Assembly: GCA_013416795.1 (NCBI GenBank)
Contig: RQSC01000013.1
Coordinates: 37,050 to 89,111 of the forward strand
Length of the DNA: 52,062 nt
From: Prasinococcaceae sp. CCMP 1430
Lineage: Eukaryota > Plantae > Prasinodermophyta
Direction of reading: 5' to 3'
The notes beneath the pieces were generated by a model. The model was not told the origin of the DNA. It did not search any database and worked only from the letters and a program-made list of their open reading frames with translations. Both the position numbers and the translations under genes were made by a program. Positions 35,261-45,038 of the stretch are shown here, in pieces. The stretch's first letter is position 1; every line of letters begins with the position of its first letter.

Positions 35261-35943
35261 GTGAGCGAGCGCGCCCGCGCGCCGCTCGGGCTGCGCCCGC
35301 CCCTCCCCCTCCTCGCCCCAGGCGCACGACGGCACGAGCCTCACCCCCACACACACACTCCCTCGTGCCCTCCCCCTACACACACACACGCGCGCGCTCG
35401 CTCCCTCTGCGCGCGCACTGCTGCGGGCCGCGAGGGCCACTTACGGTGCACTTTCCGGATAAACCCAATTCGAACTCCCAATCTGAACTTTTTACTCGCG
35501 CGGGCGTTCTTTTGATCTCACTTCCGTGCTTTATTCAGAGTATTTACATCTACTAAAACGCTGGATGTCGTGACTTTACGGAATATGCACGCGGTGGCAG
35601 AACGACGGGTCGCGTTTCGGAGCGCGCGCGCGCGCGGGCCGGCGGGGCGGGAAGCGCGCGCGCGGCGCGTCCGCAGGCGGCCTGGCGGCCACGCCGCTGG
35701 CGACGCCCTCGGGGGCGGCCACGGCGACGCACACCAACCCAGCCGCGGTCCTCAGCGGCGGCATCGGCCGCGGCGGGCCGTAGATTCGCGCGCGAAGCGC
35801 GCGCCAGCAGCGCGCGCACGCCGCGCGCGCGTAGGTAGGTGGGGACACGCCATCGCATCGCAGTGTGATCACATGCAATCTAGACGCGTCAAGGGCTGGC
35901 GCGAGCGTGCTCGCGGGTCCGTCCGCGCGCGCGAGGCGCGCGG

Positions 35944-38280
35944 CTACCACAGCCCGCGCGGCGCCCGCGGCTCGTCGGCGCCGCGCTCCTCTCGGAGCGC
36001 GCGCCCGATCTCCGTCTCCTTGACCGCGAGCATTCGTCGCGAGTCCTTGCGCTCCTCCAAGGGCTTCGAGGTGTCAACCAGCTCCCTGGGCCCTTCCTCG
36101 AGCGCCCACAGCTCGAATGCGCGGCGCTGGAGCTCCTCCTGGTCGAGCGTGATGGACTTGAAGGCAACGGCGGTGAGCGTGATGATGACGGCGCCCACGG
36201 CAGTGCCGACCGCCAGCCCGCGCGCGGTGCGAATGACCCGACGCCACCACGACCGCGGCGCGTCGCGCCCCTTGCGCGTCTCGACGTCTCCCTCCAGCGC
36301 GTCCTGCCACATGTCGCTCCAGTCCGAGATGGGCGCACTCGAGATGCGCTCGTCCAGATCCTCGCGCTTGGCCGCCTGCTTGAGCGACGTCGACACCAGC
36401 GCCTCCAGCGCCAGCGCTTCCTCGATGGCTGCGTCCTGGTCGAACATCTCCGTGTCGTCCTTCTCCTGCAGCTGCCGCGAGTCAAAGCCACCCACATTCG
36501 CCATGCTCGCGCCCGCGGCAGAGGCGCCGCCCGCCCCCGACCTATTATCGTCACCGCTATTATCCCCCGCGCGCCAGCCCGGCGCCTCGCCGTTCCGCGC
36601 GTCCCCCTTCTTCTTCTCGGCGAGGCCCGACCACCACTGCTCCAGCAAGGGCAGGGTCTCCTCCACGCGCGGCATGGCCGCCATCATCTCCACGTCGCCG
36701 CCCCGCCACGCGCCGCTGTCGGTCGGCTGCAGCAAGTCACGAGCGCCATCCACGTCCTCCAGCCAGCCTGCGACCAGGCCCTCGGCGCCCTCGTAGGCGT
36801 CGCCGACGCGTGCCTCTTCGGGCATGGCGATGGCCGCGAGGTCGCTGGCGACCTCGTCGTCGTAGGGGAGCGCGCTCGCCCCCTCCGCGCCTTCGCTCGC
36901 GACTTGCTGGCTGGCCACCCTGGCGGCATTCGCCGCGGCGACGCTCGGCGCGCGCGGTCTGGGCCTGTCGGTGAACGACGAGTAGGTCGCGATGAGGCGG
37001 ATCTCGCCTTTCGTCACCTGTGCGTTGTCGTACGCCAGCGGCAGCCACACGTCCACCGGCGATCCCGGCTCGAGGTCCGCGATGGGCAGCTGGCAGAAGC
37101 CAAGGAAGGGGCGCAGCGTGAGGTAGCTGTCGCGGCACTGCACCAGCAGCCGCTGTCGCTGCGGATCCTCCACCAGGAAGACAAACTCCTGCTCCCACGC
37201 GGGCGCCCCCCTGCCCGCCTTCAGCGCCGTCTGCTTGGAGGTGCGACTCTCCGAGAGCTGCGTGCCTAGCGAGAGCATGCAGAAGGGGTCGCTGGACAAG
37301 GCGCCCACGCCCACAGCGGGCAGGCCGCGCGCCTCCACGAGCGTGACCACAAGCTCGCCCTTGTAGGTCGGCGCCACCGGCGCAATGTCACAGGCGGGGC
37401 CCTCCATGCTGTCGAGCTCGTCGCCCGCGGCAGCGGCCGCGGCCTCGGCGGCCGCGGCGGAAGCAGCGGCGACCTCGGGGGCGAGCGTGAAGTCGATGCG
37501 GCGCGGGTACAGGATGAGGCTGGGCAGGTCGCGCATGAGCAGCTGCTCGAGGAAGGAGTTCAAGACGGGAATGTCCATGAGGCGCACTTGCCGGAAGGGG
37601 GCGAGCTCGAAGCGGATGTTGGGCAGGCTGGCGAAGCTCACGCTCACCGTGTCCACCCACGGCCGGAGCGGACCCATGCGCAGCTGGACCCAGAGCTCGC
37701 CGTCGAAGTCGAGGTTGTACAGCAGCACCGGCACGGTGATGGAGGTCTCGCTGTTGCCGGGCGTGCCCAGCTCCACGCTGAGCAGCGCGCGCGCGTTGCC
37801 CGAGTAGCGGCAGTCCACCTCGTACTGGAAATCGTTCATCTGCCGCGAGGTGCGCCGCTTCATGTTGGAGAAGACCACCGGGTCGTTGCCGAGCGTGAAC
37901 TCGCTGATGACCACGCGCTTGATGTAGCCGGGCTTCTTGAGGTTGTCGATGGGCGGCTGCAACACGCGCACCAGGAAGCGCTCGAAGCTGTTCTGGTAGA
38001 TGCGCCACACCTTCTTCACCCACATGTTGACCCACTGCACGGGCTCGGCGGCCGTGCCGCGCGAGTAGAGGATGTCGCCGCGCGGCACCACCGCGGCCGC
38101 CTCGGCGAGCGCCGCTCGCTCGCGCGCGTCGCGGATCGCGCGGCGCGTCTGCTCCTCGGCCGTCTCCTTGCTCCTGGCTTGCGCCCACGCGTTGATAGCG
38201 AGGGACGCCAGCATGGCGCCCGCCAGCGCGTCGCGCAGCGTCTGGCCGACGCCGCCGAGCGGCGCGTGCCCCTCTCCTTG
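35944..38280 (-). CDS. SMP + C2 domain lipid-transfer protein (NTMC2T5/tricalbin-like); 5' end uncertain
   Basis: EPVQWVNMWVKKVWRIY..LQPPIDNLKKPGYIKRV..FTLGNDP..RRTSRQMNDFQY (SMP), GELVVTLVEARGL..SDPFC..WEQEFVF (C2) and a C-terminal hydrophobic segment. Confidence 0.85.
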   Translation of the reverse strand, partial: QGEGHAPLGGVGQTLRDALAGAMLASLAINAWAQARSKETAEEQTRRAIRDARERAALAEAAAVVPRGDILYSRGTAAEPVQWVNMWVKKVWRIYQNSFERFLVRVLQPPIDNLKKPGYIKRVVISEFTLGNDPVVFSNMKRRTSRQMNDFQYEVDCRYSGNARALLSVELGTPGNSETSITVPVLLYNLDFDGELWVQLRMGPLRPWVDTVSVSFASLPNIRFELAPFRQVRLMDIPVLNSFLEQLLMRDLPSLILYPRRIDFTLAPEVAAASAAAAEAAAAAAGDELDSMEGPACDIAPVAPTYKGELVVTLVEARGLPAVGVGALSSDPFCMLSLGTQLSESRTSKQTALKAGRGAPAWEQEFVFLVEDPQRQRLLVQCRDSYLTLRPFLGFCQLPIADLEPGSPVDVWLPLAYDNAQVTKGEIRLIATYSSFTDRPRPRAPSVAAANAARVASQQVASEGAEGASALPYDDEVASDLAAIAMPEEARVGDAYEGAEGLVAGWLEDVDGARDLLQPTDSGAWRGGDVEMMAAMPRVEETLPLLEQWWSGLAEKKKGDARNGEAPGWRAGDNSGDDNRSGAGGASAAGASMANVGGFDSRQLQEKDDTEMFDQDAAIEEALALEALVSTSLKQAAKREDLDERISSAPISDWSDMWQDALEGDVETRKGRDAPRSWWRRVIRTARGLAVGTAVGAVIITLTAVAFKSITLDQEELQRRAFELWALEEGPRELVDTSKPLEERKDSRRMLAVKETEIGRALREERGADEPRAPRGLW

Positions 38281-38350
38281 CGAGGGCTGCGGGATGCTGA
38301 CGATGCGCCCGCTCCGCCCGTCTGCGCCCGCGCATGCACCACCCTCGCAG

Positions 38351-39496
38351 GGCACCTTGCTGCGCGGCGTGACCAAAAAGGAAAGGCCTTTTTCCGCTTC
38401 GAAACCGGCTTGACCGAGCCCGTGACGCGATTCGCCGTGCACGCGCTCGACATTGACGCCTTGGCTTCGCACACATTAGCGCACTACAAAGAATGCAAAG
38501 ACGGGTGGTCGTACACGTGCGAGGTGCGACAGCGAATGTGCGAATTCGTGCACCGCAATCGACTGCCCCTGGGACTGACGTGCACATGCAAACGGGCACG
38601 CCCCCGTGCCACGACCCCCAACCCTCCGGCCCGCGCGGTCGCCCGCACTCTCGTTCGCAGGATCGCGTCGAGGATTTCCACTCGTTCTCGCTGGGCAGCG
38701 GCGATGCCACCACGCACCTAACGGCACTCGCGTGCGCCGACAAGACCGTGCGCGTGTTGCGCCGCGATGACGAAGCGCAGCGTGACGCCGGGCGTGCGGA
38801 GAGCATCAGCGTGGGCATGCCTGTGAGTGCCATACAGTCGTACGTCGCCGACGCCCAGGCTGTGCGGGAGAAAGGGCACGCCGCGGATGGCGGTGGTGCG
38901 GCAGCGGGTGACAACGACGGGGGCACGTTATCCTCCGAAGCGGCGAGCGCCGCTATTGATGTCTTCTTGACAACCTCCGCAGCGAGCCGTCAGCTGCTCT
39001 ACGGCACCGAAGGTGGGACCATCGGGCAGCTGATGGTCGGCTCTCGCACGACCGAGCGTGGTTGGACACTCCCGAGTGCGGCCGGCGTGCCCATCGACAT
39101 GTGCACAGGCTACGACCTCACAGCAGATGGTGTGCCAGACATCGTAGTCGGTAGGGACAACGGCGCGGTTGAGGTGTATGGGTTCGAGCTGGGCGCGGAA
39201 CCTACACTCATGCTACAGAAGAGCGTCGGTGAGGGCGTCACCGCGGTTGATGCGGGGACGTGCACGGCGTCATCGTCCATGGACGCCGTGATCTCCACCT
39301 ATTCTGGAAAGATCGTCGCCTTCGCGCCCGTCGGCGCGGCCGACGACTCCGCCGCTGACTTTGAAGACACCGTTGCCAACACACACAACGCAGCACGCCG
39401 CCTGAGCCTTTTCCGCAAATCCTCGCGGTTGGCAGACGGCGCGAGTGGCGGTGGCGCCGACGGTGGCAGTGCTCCCGAGGCCGACGCTGCGAGCAC
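38351..39496 (+). CDS. BBS7: BBSome subunit BBS7 fragment (exons 38351-38523 and 38661-39496) with a 1-nt frameshift near 38380
   Basis: LLRGVTKK//GKAFFRFETGLTEP..HYKECKD, LACADKTVRVL, LLYGTEGG, DLTADGVPDIVVGRDNGAVEVYGF and STYSGKI are co-linear with the BBS7 N-terminal propeller as recalled. Confidence 0.8.
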
Positions 39497-39575
39497 NACC
39501 CACCCGCACTCTCCCGCCCGGCGCGTCTCCGCCCGACCCCGCTGACGCCAGCGCGCGCCATCCGCGCGCGCGCAG

Positions 39576-41980
39576 GACGCCGACGATCCGCGCTCGGTCC
39601 TGACCGCCGCGGACGTCGCCGCGCAGAAGGCAATCGTGTCGGCGCTCGCATCGGCGTATCCTGCGCTCCGCATCGTCGGCGAGGAGGACGAGGACGAGGA
39701 GGGCGTCGCGCCCGTGGAGGACACGCTGCGACGCGACCTGATTAATGCAGGCGCGGCCGACGCCGCGGACGACGACCTCGTGCCGCTCTCCGAGCTCACG
39801 GTGTTCGTCGACCCGGTGGACGGCACGCGCGAGTTTGTCGAGGGGCGGCTGGGCGCTGTGCAGACGCTCGTGGGCCTCTCGCGCCGCGGACGCGCCGTCG
39901 GCGGCGCCGTCGGCCTGCCGTTCCCGCACGGAGGCCGCGCGGCGCCGTGCGTCGTGTGGGGCGTGGTCGGGGGCGCGGGCGTCGGCGGGGTGGGCGAGGC
40001 AGCGTCGGGCACGCTCGGCGAGTTCGCGCCGGAGGGGCGCGTGGACGCGGGCTCGGCTTCCGGCCTGGTGTCCGTGACGGGGGACTCGTCCAACGCGCTG
40101 TTGGCAGCCGCGCGCGAGCTGGTGGCCGCCGACACCAATGCGATCTTCGGCGGCGCGGGCAACAAGTTGCTCCAGCTCGCGCACGGCCGCGCCGACGTTG
40201 CGCTCATGCACTTCGGCACCTCGCTGTGGGATACGTGCGCGCCCGAGGCGGTGCTCGCGGCGCGCGGTGGGCGCGTGACGGACCTCTTCGGCGCGCCGCT
40301 CGTTCACGACGCCGACTCGCCCGCGGGGCTCATCAACAGGCTGGGCGTGCTCGCTACCGCGCCGGCCGTTGCGCACATGCACGACGAGCTCTGCGCGCGC
40401 ATGCGCGCGGACGCCAGGCTGCTCGCGCTCCTCGAAGACATGGGGAGCGCGACCGAGGGGCCCGCGGGCGCCCAGGCGGTGGATGTGTCCCGTTGCCTGT
40501 CGGGCGCGCCACTTTCTCGCGCGTGGATCGAGGAGGCGATGTGCCCGCCCGCGGCCGGCGAGGCGGAGCCCGCGCACCGGCTGGCGTCGTACTCGGCTCC
40601 GGAGGCCGACGCCGTGCGAGGCCTCATGTCCGAGGCGTGCCGCCTGGAGCTCGAGTGGGCGGTCAACCCGGACGCCAAGCCTGGCGCGGCATCCGTTCCG
40701 CCACCGCCGGCGTCTGCGTTCTACAAGCGCATCGCCATGTCCGAGCTGGAGCACGCGCGCCTCAAGGCGCGCACGGCGCCGCTCAAGCTGGCGCGCGACA
40801 CGCGCTCGTACGCCGTGGAGGCGACGTTCCTTGGGTCGGCGGCGTGCGAGGCGCTGGTGAACGCGGGCGTGCCCGTCGCGCGCGCGTACGCGGTCGACCT
40901 GCGGCCGTGCGCGGCGGACCCGCTCGAGAGCAGGTTCGGCCTCCTCCTGGAGGAGTTCCGGCGCGAGGACGGCTGGAGCCAGCACTGGCTGTGCAACGCC
41001 GCGCAGGCACGCGCGGCTCTCGCGGGGCTCGCCAAGCTGCACGCGTTCTTCTGGGAGGGCTCCAAATTCTGGGCCGAGGCTGAGGGCGGCGGCGAGGGCG
41101 CCGCCGCGTGCGAGGAGCTCACCGCGGCGGTGTGGCCCTCTGGAGCGTACTGGCAGCCCTCCATGCAGCCAGCCGAACAGCTGACCGAGCTCGTCGCCAA
41201 GCACTGGCCCGAGCACGCGCGCAACTTCGCCGAGGCCTTCGCGCAGTCCCCCATGCTCGAGGGGGTCGACGTGGGCACGCTAGGCGCCAGGCTACAAGCT
41301 GTGGCCCCGCAGGTTGGCGCGGAGAGCCACCCCTTCGGTAGCACGGGCAAGGGCGCGCCGGGGATGAAGACGCTCATACACGGCGACCCGAAGGTAGCGC
41401 GCGCCGCTTGGCGCGCGCGCGCGCGCGCGCGCGCCATCCTGCGCCCTTGTGGCGGTGCCCTCTCCCGTGTGCTGACATCTGCTCTTCGCCCCACCAGGCC
41501 GCGAACATCTTCCTCCGCGAGACGGCGACTGGCGAGGTGCAGGTGGGCCTGATCGACCTGCAGTGGTGTGGCTTTGGCCTGGCAGCCACTGATGTGGCGC
41601 ATCACATCGTGGCCGGCACCGCCACCGACTGCCTGTCCGTCGATGGCTCGACCGAGTCCGCGCTGCTCGACCACTACCACGCAGAGCTCATGGCCGCTCT
41701 GGTTTCCCTTGGCGGCTTCTCGCCCGAGCGCGCCGCGAAGCTCCTGCCGCGTGACGTGCTTGAGGAGCAATACGAGAACGCGGTGCTGGACATGGCGCGC
41801 GTGGTCTTCGCTTATCAGTGGGCGCGCGTCAAGGCGTCGCCGGCCACGCTGGCGAAGAACGCGCCCTCCATGGGGCGCAACTCCTACAACAAGAGCGTGG
41901 AGCACGCGTGCTGGCTCGTGGGCACCACTGACAGGGTGCTGAAGAGGAGGGAGGCGCGCGGAGCCGGGCAGGCTGCGTGA
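39576..41980 (+). CDS. Inositol monophosphatase-family (BPNT/INPP-like) phosphatase fused to an EcKL/APH-like small-molecule kinase (exons 39576-41393 and 41498-41980); 5' exon missing
   Basis: LTAADVAAQ, VGEE, FVDPVDGTREF and WDTCAPEA (IMPase motifs), then LIHGDPK/AANIF..GLIDLQWCG..DVA (kinase motifs), in one open frame. Confidence 0.85.
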
Positions 41981-42057
41981 GTTTTCCGCCCACACACACA
42001 CACACACGTCGCGCGCGCGCGCGCGCGCGAGCGAGTGCCTCGTAAAACGCCGACAAA

Positions 42058-42714
42058 TTAGTTGGTCTCCATGGGCGTGACTGGCGTCACGCTGCCATCG
42101 GTCGCCGGCGCGCGGCGTTTCTCCGCCGCAGGAGTCTTCGGCGCCGTCTTCTCCGCGATCGCCGCGAGGGACAGCTTGGTGTACTCGTTGGGATGGTTGA
42201 TGGCCACCTCGGATGCGTCGTGCAGCGCCTCGAACGTGCAGCTGCACGCCAGCTGGTAGTGATGACCCTTGGCGAATGCGCGCGCCTCCTTCTGCGCTGC
42301 CGGCGCGAGGCCCATGCCGTTGAGCGCAGCCGCCAGGCTGTCGTCCTCGAACGCGCGATACGGGCAGCCGCCGTTCCCGATGATCTTCATGCAGCTGTAG
42401 GGCGTGTAGTCGGTGCGCTTGCCCTCCTTTCCGTAGTTGTGGCGCACGTTGTACGCGTACTCCTTGTCGAACCTCTCGGCGGGCATCCCCTTTGTGAACT
42501 CGCCGCGCCAGAACGCGAGCGCGTCGTCGAGGCTCAGACCAAGCCCCTTGAGGTACAGGCCGAGCTGCATGCGGCCGGCGTGCTTCAGGTGGTGCTTCGC
42601 CTTGAGCTCGTCGTACAGCGTGCGCATGCAGAGCGGCATCGACTGCGCGGCCACCTGCGGCAGGTCGGCGAGGCTGACCGCGCCCTCGCGCGCCGTCCAC
42701 GACAGCGACTCCAT
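42058..42714 (-). CDS. PRIM2: DNA primase large subunit, C-terminal 4Fe-4S domain (p58C) as a separate ORF
   Basis: SMPLCMR, HHLKHAGRMQLGLYLKGLG, EYAYNVRHNYGKEGKRTDYTPYSC, GCPYR and HYQLAC; ATG at 42714. Confidence 0.9.
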   Translation of the reverse strand: MESLSWTAREGAVSLADLPQVAAQSMPLCMRTLYDELKAKHHLKHAGRMQLGLYLKGLGLSLDDALAFWRGEFTKGMPAERFDKEYAYNVRHNYGKEGKRTDYTPYSCMKIIGNGGCPYRAFEDDSLAAALNGMGLAPAAQKEARAFAKGHHYQLACSCTFEALHDASEVAINHPNEYTKLSLAAIAEKTAPKTPAAEKRRAPATDGSVTPVTPMETN

Positions 42715-42846
42715 CGCGACCGCCGCCCCACAGCGCACGCGGCCGCGCGCGCTGCCGCGCGCGGCCGCGTGCGCTGTGGCGGCGACTCGGGAGACGGGAC
42801 GCCCGGAGCTTGCGTTATCCACACGTACGATCGTGCAAGCGTCCCT

Positions 42847-43020
42847 ACGCACACGCGCGTGCACACGCACGCACATACACATACACACAAGCGTCCCCTC
42901 ACACACACACGCGCGCGCGCGCGCACACACACACACAGACACGCAAGCACACACACGCACGCACACACATACACACACGCACACACGCACACACACGCAC
43001 ACACGTGCACACACGCGCGC
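42847..43020. repeat. Compound (CA)n/(CG)n alternating purine-pyrimidine tract
   Basis: Read directly; about 170 bp of CACA/CGCG repeats between the two PRIM2 ORFs. Confidence 0.85.
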
Positions 43021-43181
43021 CCGCCCGCGCCGAGCCCATGCGCGTTCCCCGAGGCGCGCTCGTTGACCGGCGCTCGGCCGGCCCGCGCGGGGGAGCGCGC
43101 GCGCCCGCGCGCCCGCCGGTAGTTAAGGTTTGGTTTTAGGGTATACATATATGTACACGTTTGGGAAGAGGGTCTGTGTAC

Positions 43182-43880
43182 TCAATAGCGTCGCGCCAGC
43201 GCCTCGACGAGCGGGCCGAGCCGCTCGGCCTCGCCCGGCGCGACCACGCTGGCCCACTGGCGCGCGGTCTGCACGAGCGCCTTGGACAGGCGCGCGCGGA
43301 ACTGGCCCACCACGAGCGCGGCGAGCTGGTCGCGCGGCACGTACGCGTGGCCGCGGCGCACGAGCACCGCGCGCCGCATGACGAGCTCGGGCACCTGCTC
43401 GAAGGGCACGCTGTAGTAGTCGGACGCGCGCGCGGCGGACGTCTCCGCGCGGGCGTCCAACGACTTGGCGACGCCGGCCAGCGCGTCGCGCACCTCGGCG
43501 AATTCGGCGGCGCCCAGCGGCGCGTACGGCAGGCCGTTGGCGCCCAGGAAGCGCACCTGTTCCTGCGCGGGCAGCATTTTGAAGCGCGCGCGGAAGAGCA
43601 CGCACTCCTGCTGGATCAGCCAGCGTCGGAGCTCCTCGGTGCGGCAGTACGTGAGGCGCGCCACGAAGTGGCTCACCACGTCCTTGCGCGCGGTCGCCTC
43701 GGCGTTGCCGGCGACGCGCAGGTGCTTGGCGACGAGCGTGCGGCAGAGCTCGTCGACCTCGGCGCCCTTCTTGCCACGCGCGCGCGCGTCCTCGAGGCCG
43801 CGCAGCACGCGCAGGCGATCGAGGGCGAAGCGCTCGAACTCCTCGAGTGCGACGTCCCCCTGGGGCGGCGCGTCATACAT
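43182..43880 (-). CDS. PRIM2: DNA primase large subunit, N-terminal domain (p58N), ending in TGA at the linker; true start may lie further upstream
   Basis: LEEFERFALDRLRVL, KDVVSHFVARLTYCRTEELRRWLIQQECVLFRARF, YSVPFEQVPELV, VRRGHAYVP and ERLGPLVEALARRY*. Confidence 0.9.
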   Translation of the reverse strand: MYDAPPQGDVALEEFERFALDRLRVLRGLEDARARGKKGAEVDELCRTLVAKHLRVAGNAEATARKDVVSHFVARLTYCRTEELRRWLIQQECVLFRARFKMLPAQEQVRFLGANGLPYAPLGAAEFAEVRDALAGVAKSLDARAETSAARASDYYSVPFEQVPELVMRRAVLVRRGHAYVPRDQLAALVVGQFRARLSKALVQTARQWASVVAPGEAERLGPLVEALARRY

Positions 43881-44587
43881 GCTCAGGTGGCCGCCCGCCG
43901 CGCCGCCGGGCGTCGCCGCGCCCGCGCCCGTGCGCGGCGGTACGGTCCGGACTGGCGCGCGCGGGGCCCGGGAGGGAGCGCGCGCGCGCGCGACGCGACG
44001 CGGTCTCTCTCTCTCTCTCTCTCTCTCTCGCACGCGCCGCCGCGCCTCGGCGCCCCGCGCGTCCCTGGCGCGCCCTGTGGCTCCCGCGCCCTGTGGCTTG
44101 GCGCCTTGCGGCTCCCCCTCCCCATCTCGCTCCTCTGCCCTCTGCGCCGCTGCGCGCTCGAATTCGCTCCGCGCGGCGTTTCCCGCCCCGGCGGCCGCGG
44201 CCGCACGCGCGCTGCGAAAAAGAAAAATTCGAGTTCGAGTTCCGAGTTTGCGCCCAACCCACCCATCTTTTGACCAAAACGACAAACCAACCAACTCGCG
44301 CTCGGGCGAAACGGCGAAGCGCGCGGCCAACGAGCGCGGCGCAAAGTCGCGCGCGCGCGCGTGCGCTTTCGAATCCCCCCCCTCGCTCTCTCTCTCTCGC
44401 GCCTGTCGGTCGGGTCGAGGGCCGTGAGCCCGCGCGCGCCGGCGAGGTCGGTCGGGCCCGCCGGCCGAACCCGAACCCCAAACCGACCCCGTCCGACGGG
44501 CTTGCACCTCTTCATCGCAGCCGGCATGCGCGCCGCGAATGGAGCAAGCGCCGCGCCTGCTGCGCTCGCGCGCCTCGCGCCTCGCGC

Positions 44588-44590
<3 letters not shown>

Positions 44591-44621
<31 letters not shown>
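44591..44621. repeat. Poly-C tract (about 31 nt; G-run on the minus strand)
   Basis: Read directly from the sequence. Confidence 0.8.
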
Positions 44622-44622
<1 letters not shown>

Positions 44623-45038
44623 TTGCGGAAGCGCACTGGCTGGAGACGCCAGCCGACGGCCGCAGCGGCAGGGACGGCAGCTGAGGCGGCTGCTCTCTCT
44701 CGCAGCAGCTGCGGCGGCGGCACTGCATCGGCGCGGCGGGGCCAACCCCTGCCTGCCCCCGCCGATTGCACACAAAATTGGTAAGATTTACTGTACACAC
44801 GGCTCGGTGTCTTGGCATTGCATTGCGCGATTGAGTCTCGTAACCACCGGGCGTGGCGCGGCGCTTGCCCGTGATGAGGCGTCCCTGTACCATCAGATGG
44901 TACGTATGTAGATTGCATGTGAGTGTATGCGCACGCGTGCTCGCCCCGCGGCCCCGCGTCGGCCTGCGGCCTGACGGCGGGCGATGCGAGGAGGCCAGCG
45001 TGCGCCTGTCTGAAGAAGAGGTGTGGGTGGCAGCGACC

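Noticed and set aside
43015-43184. Selenocysteine or stop read-through at the PRIM2 N-half TGA
   Set aside because: Read-through continues in a different frame from the C-terminal ORF and into microsatellite sequence; no Sec-type context.
44591-44621. Poly-G/C tract as a functional G-quadruplex
   Set aside because: Long G/C homopolymers are unreliable in short-read assemblies and there is no independent support.
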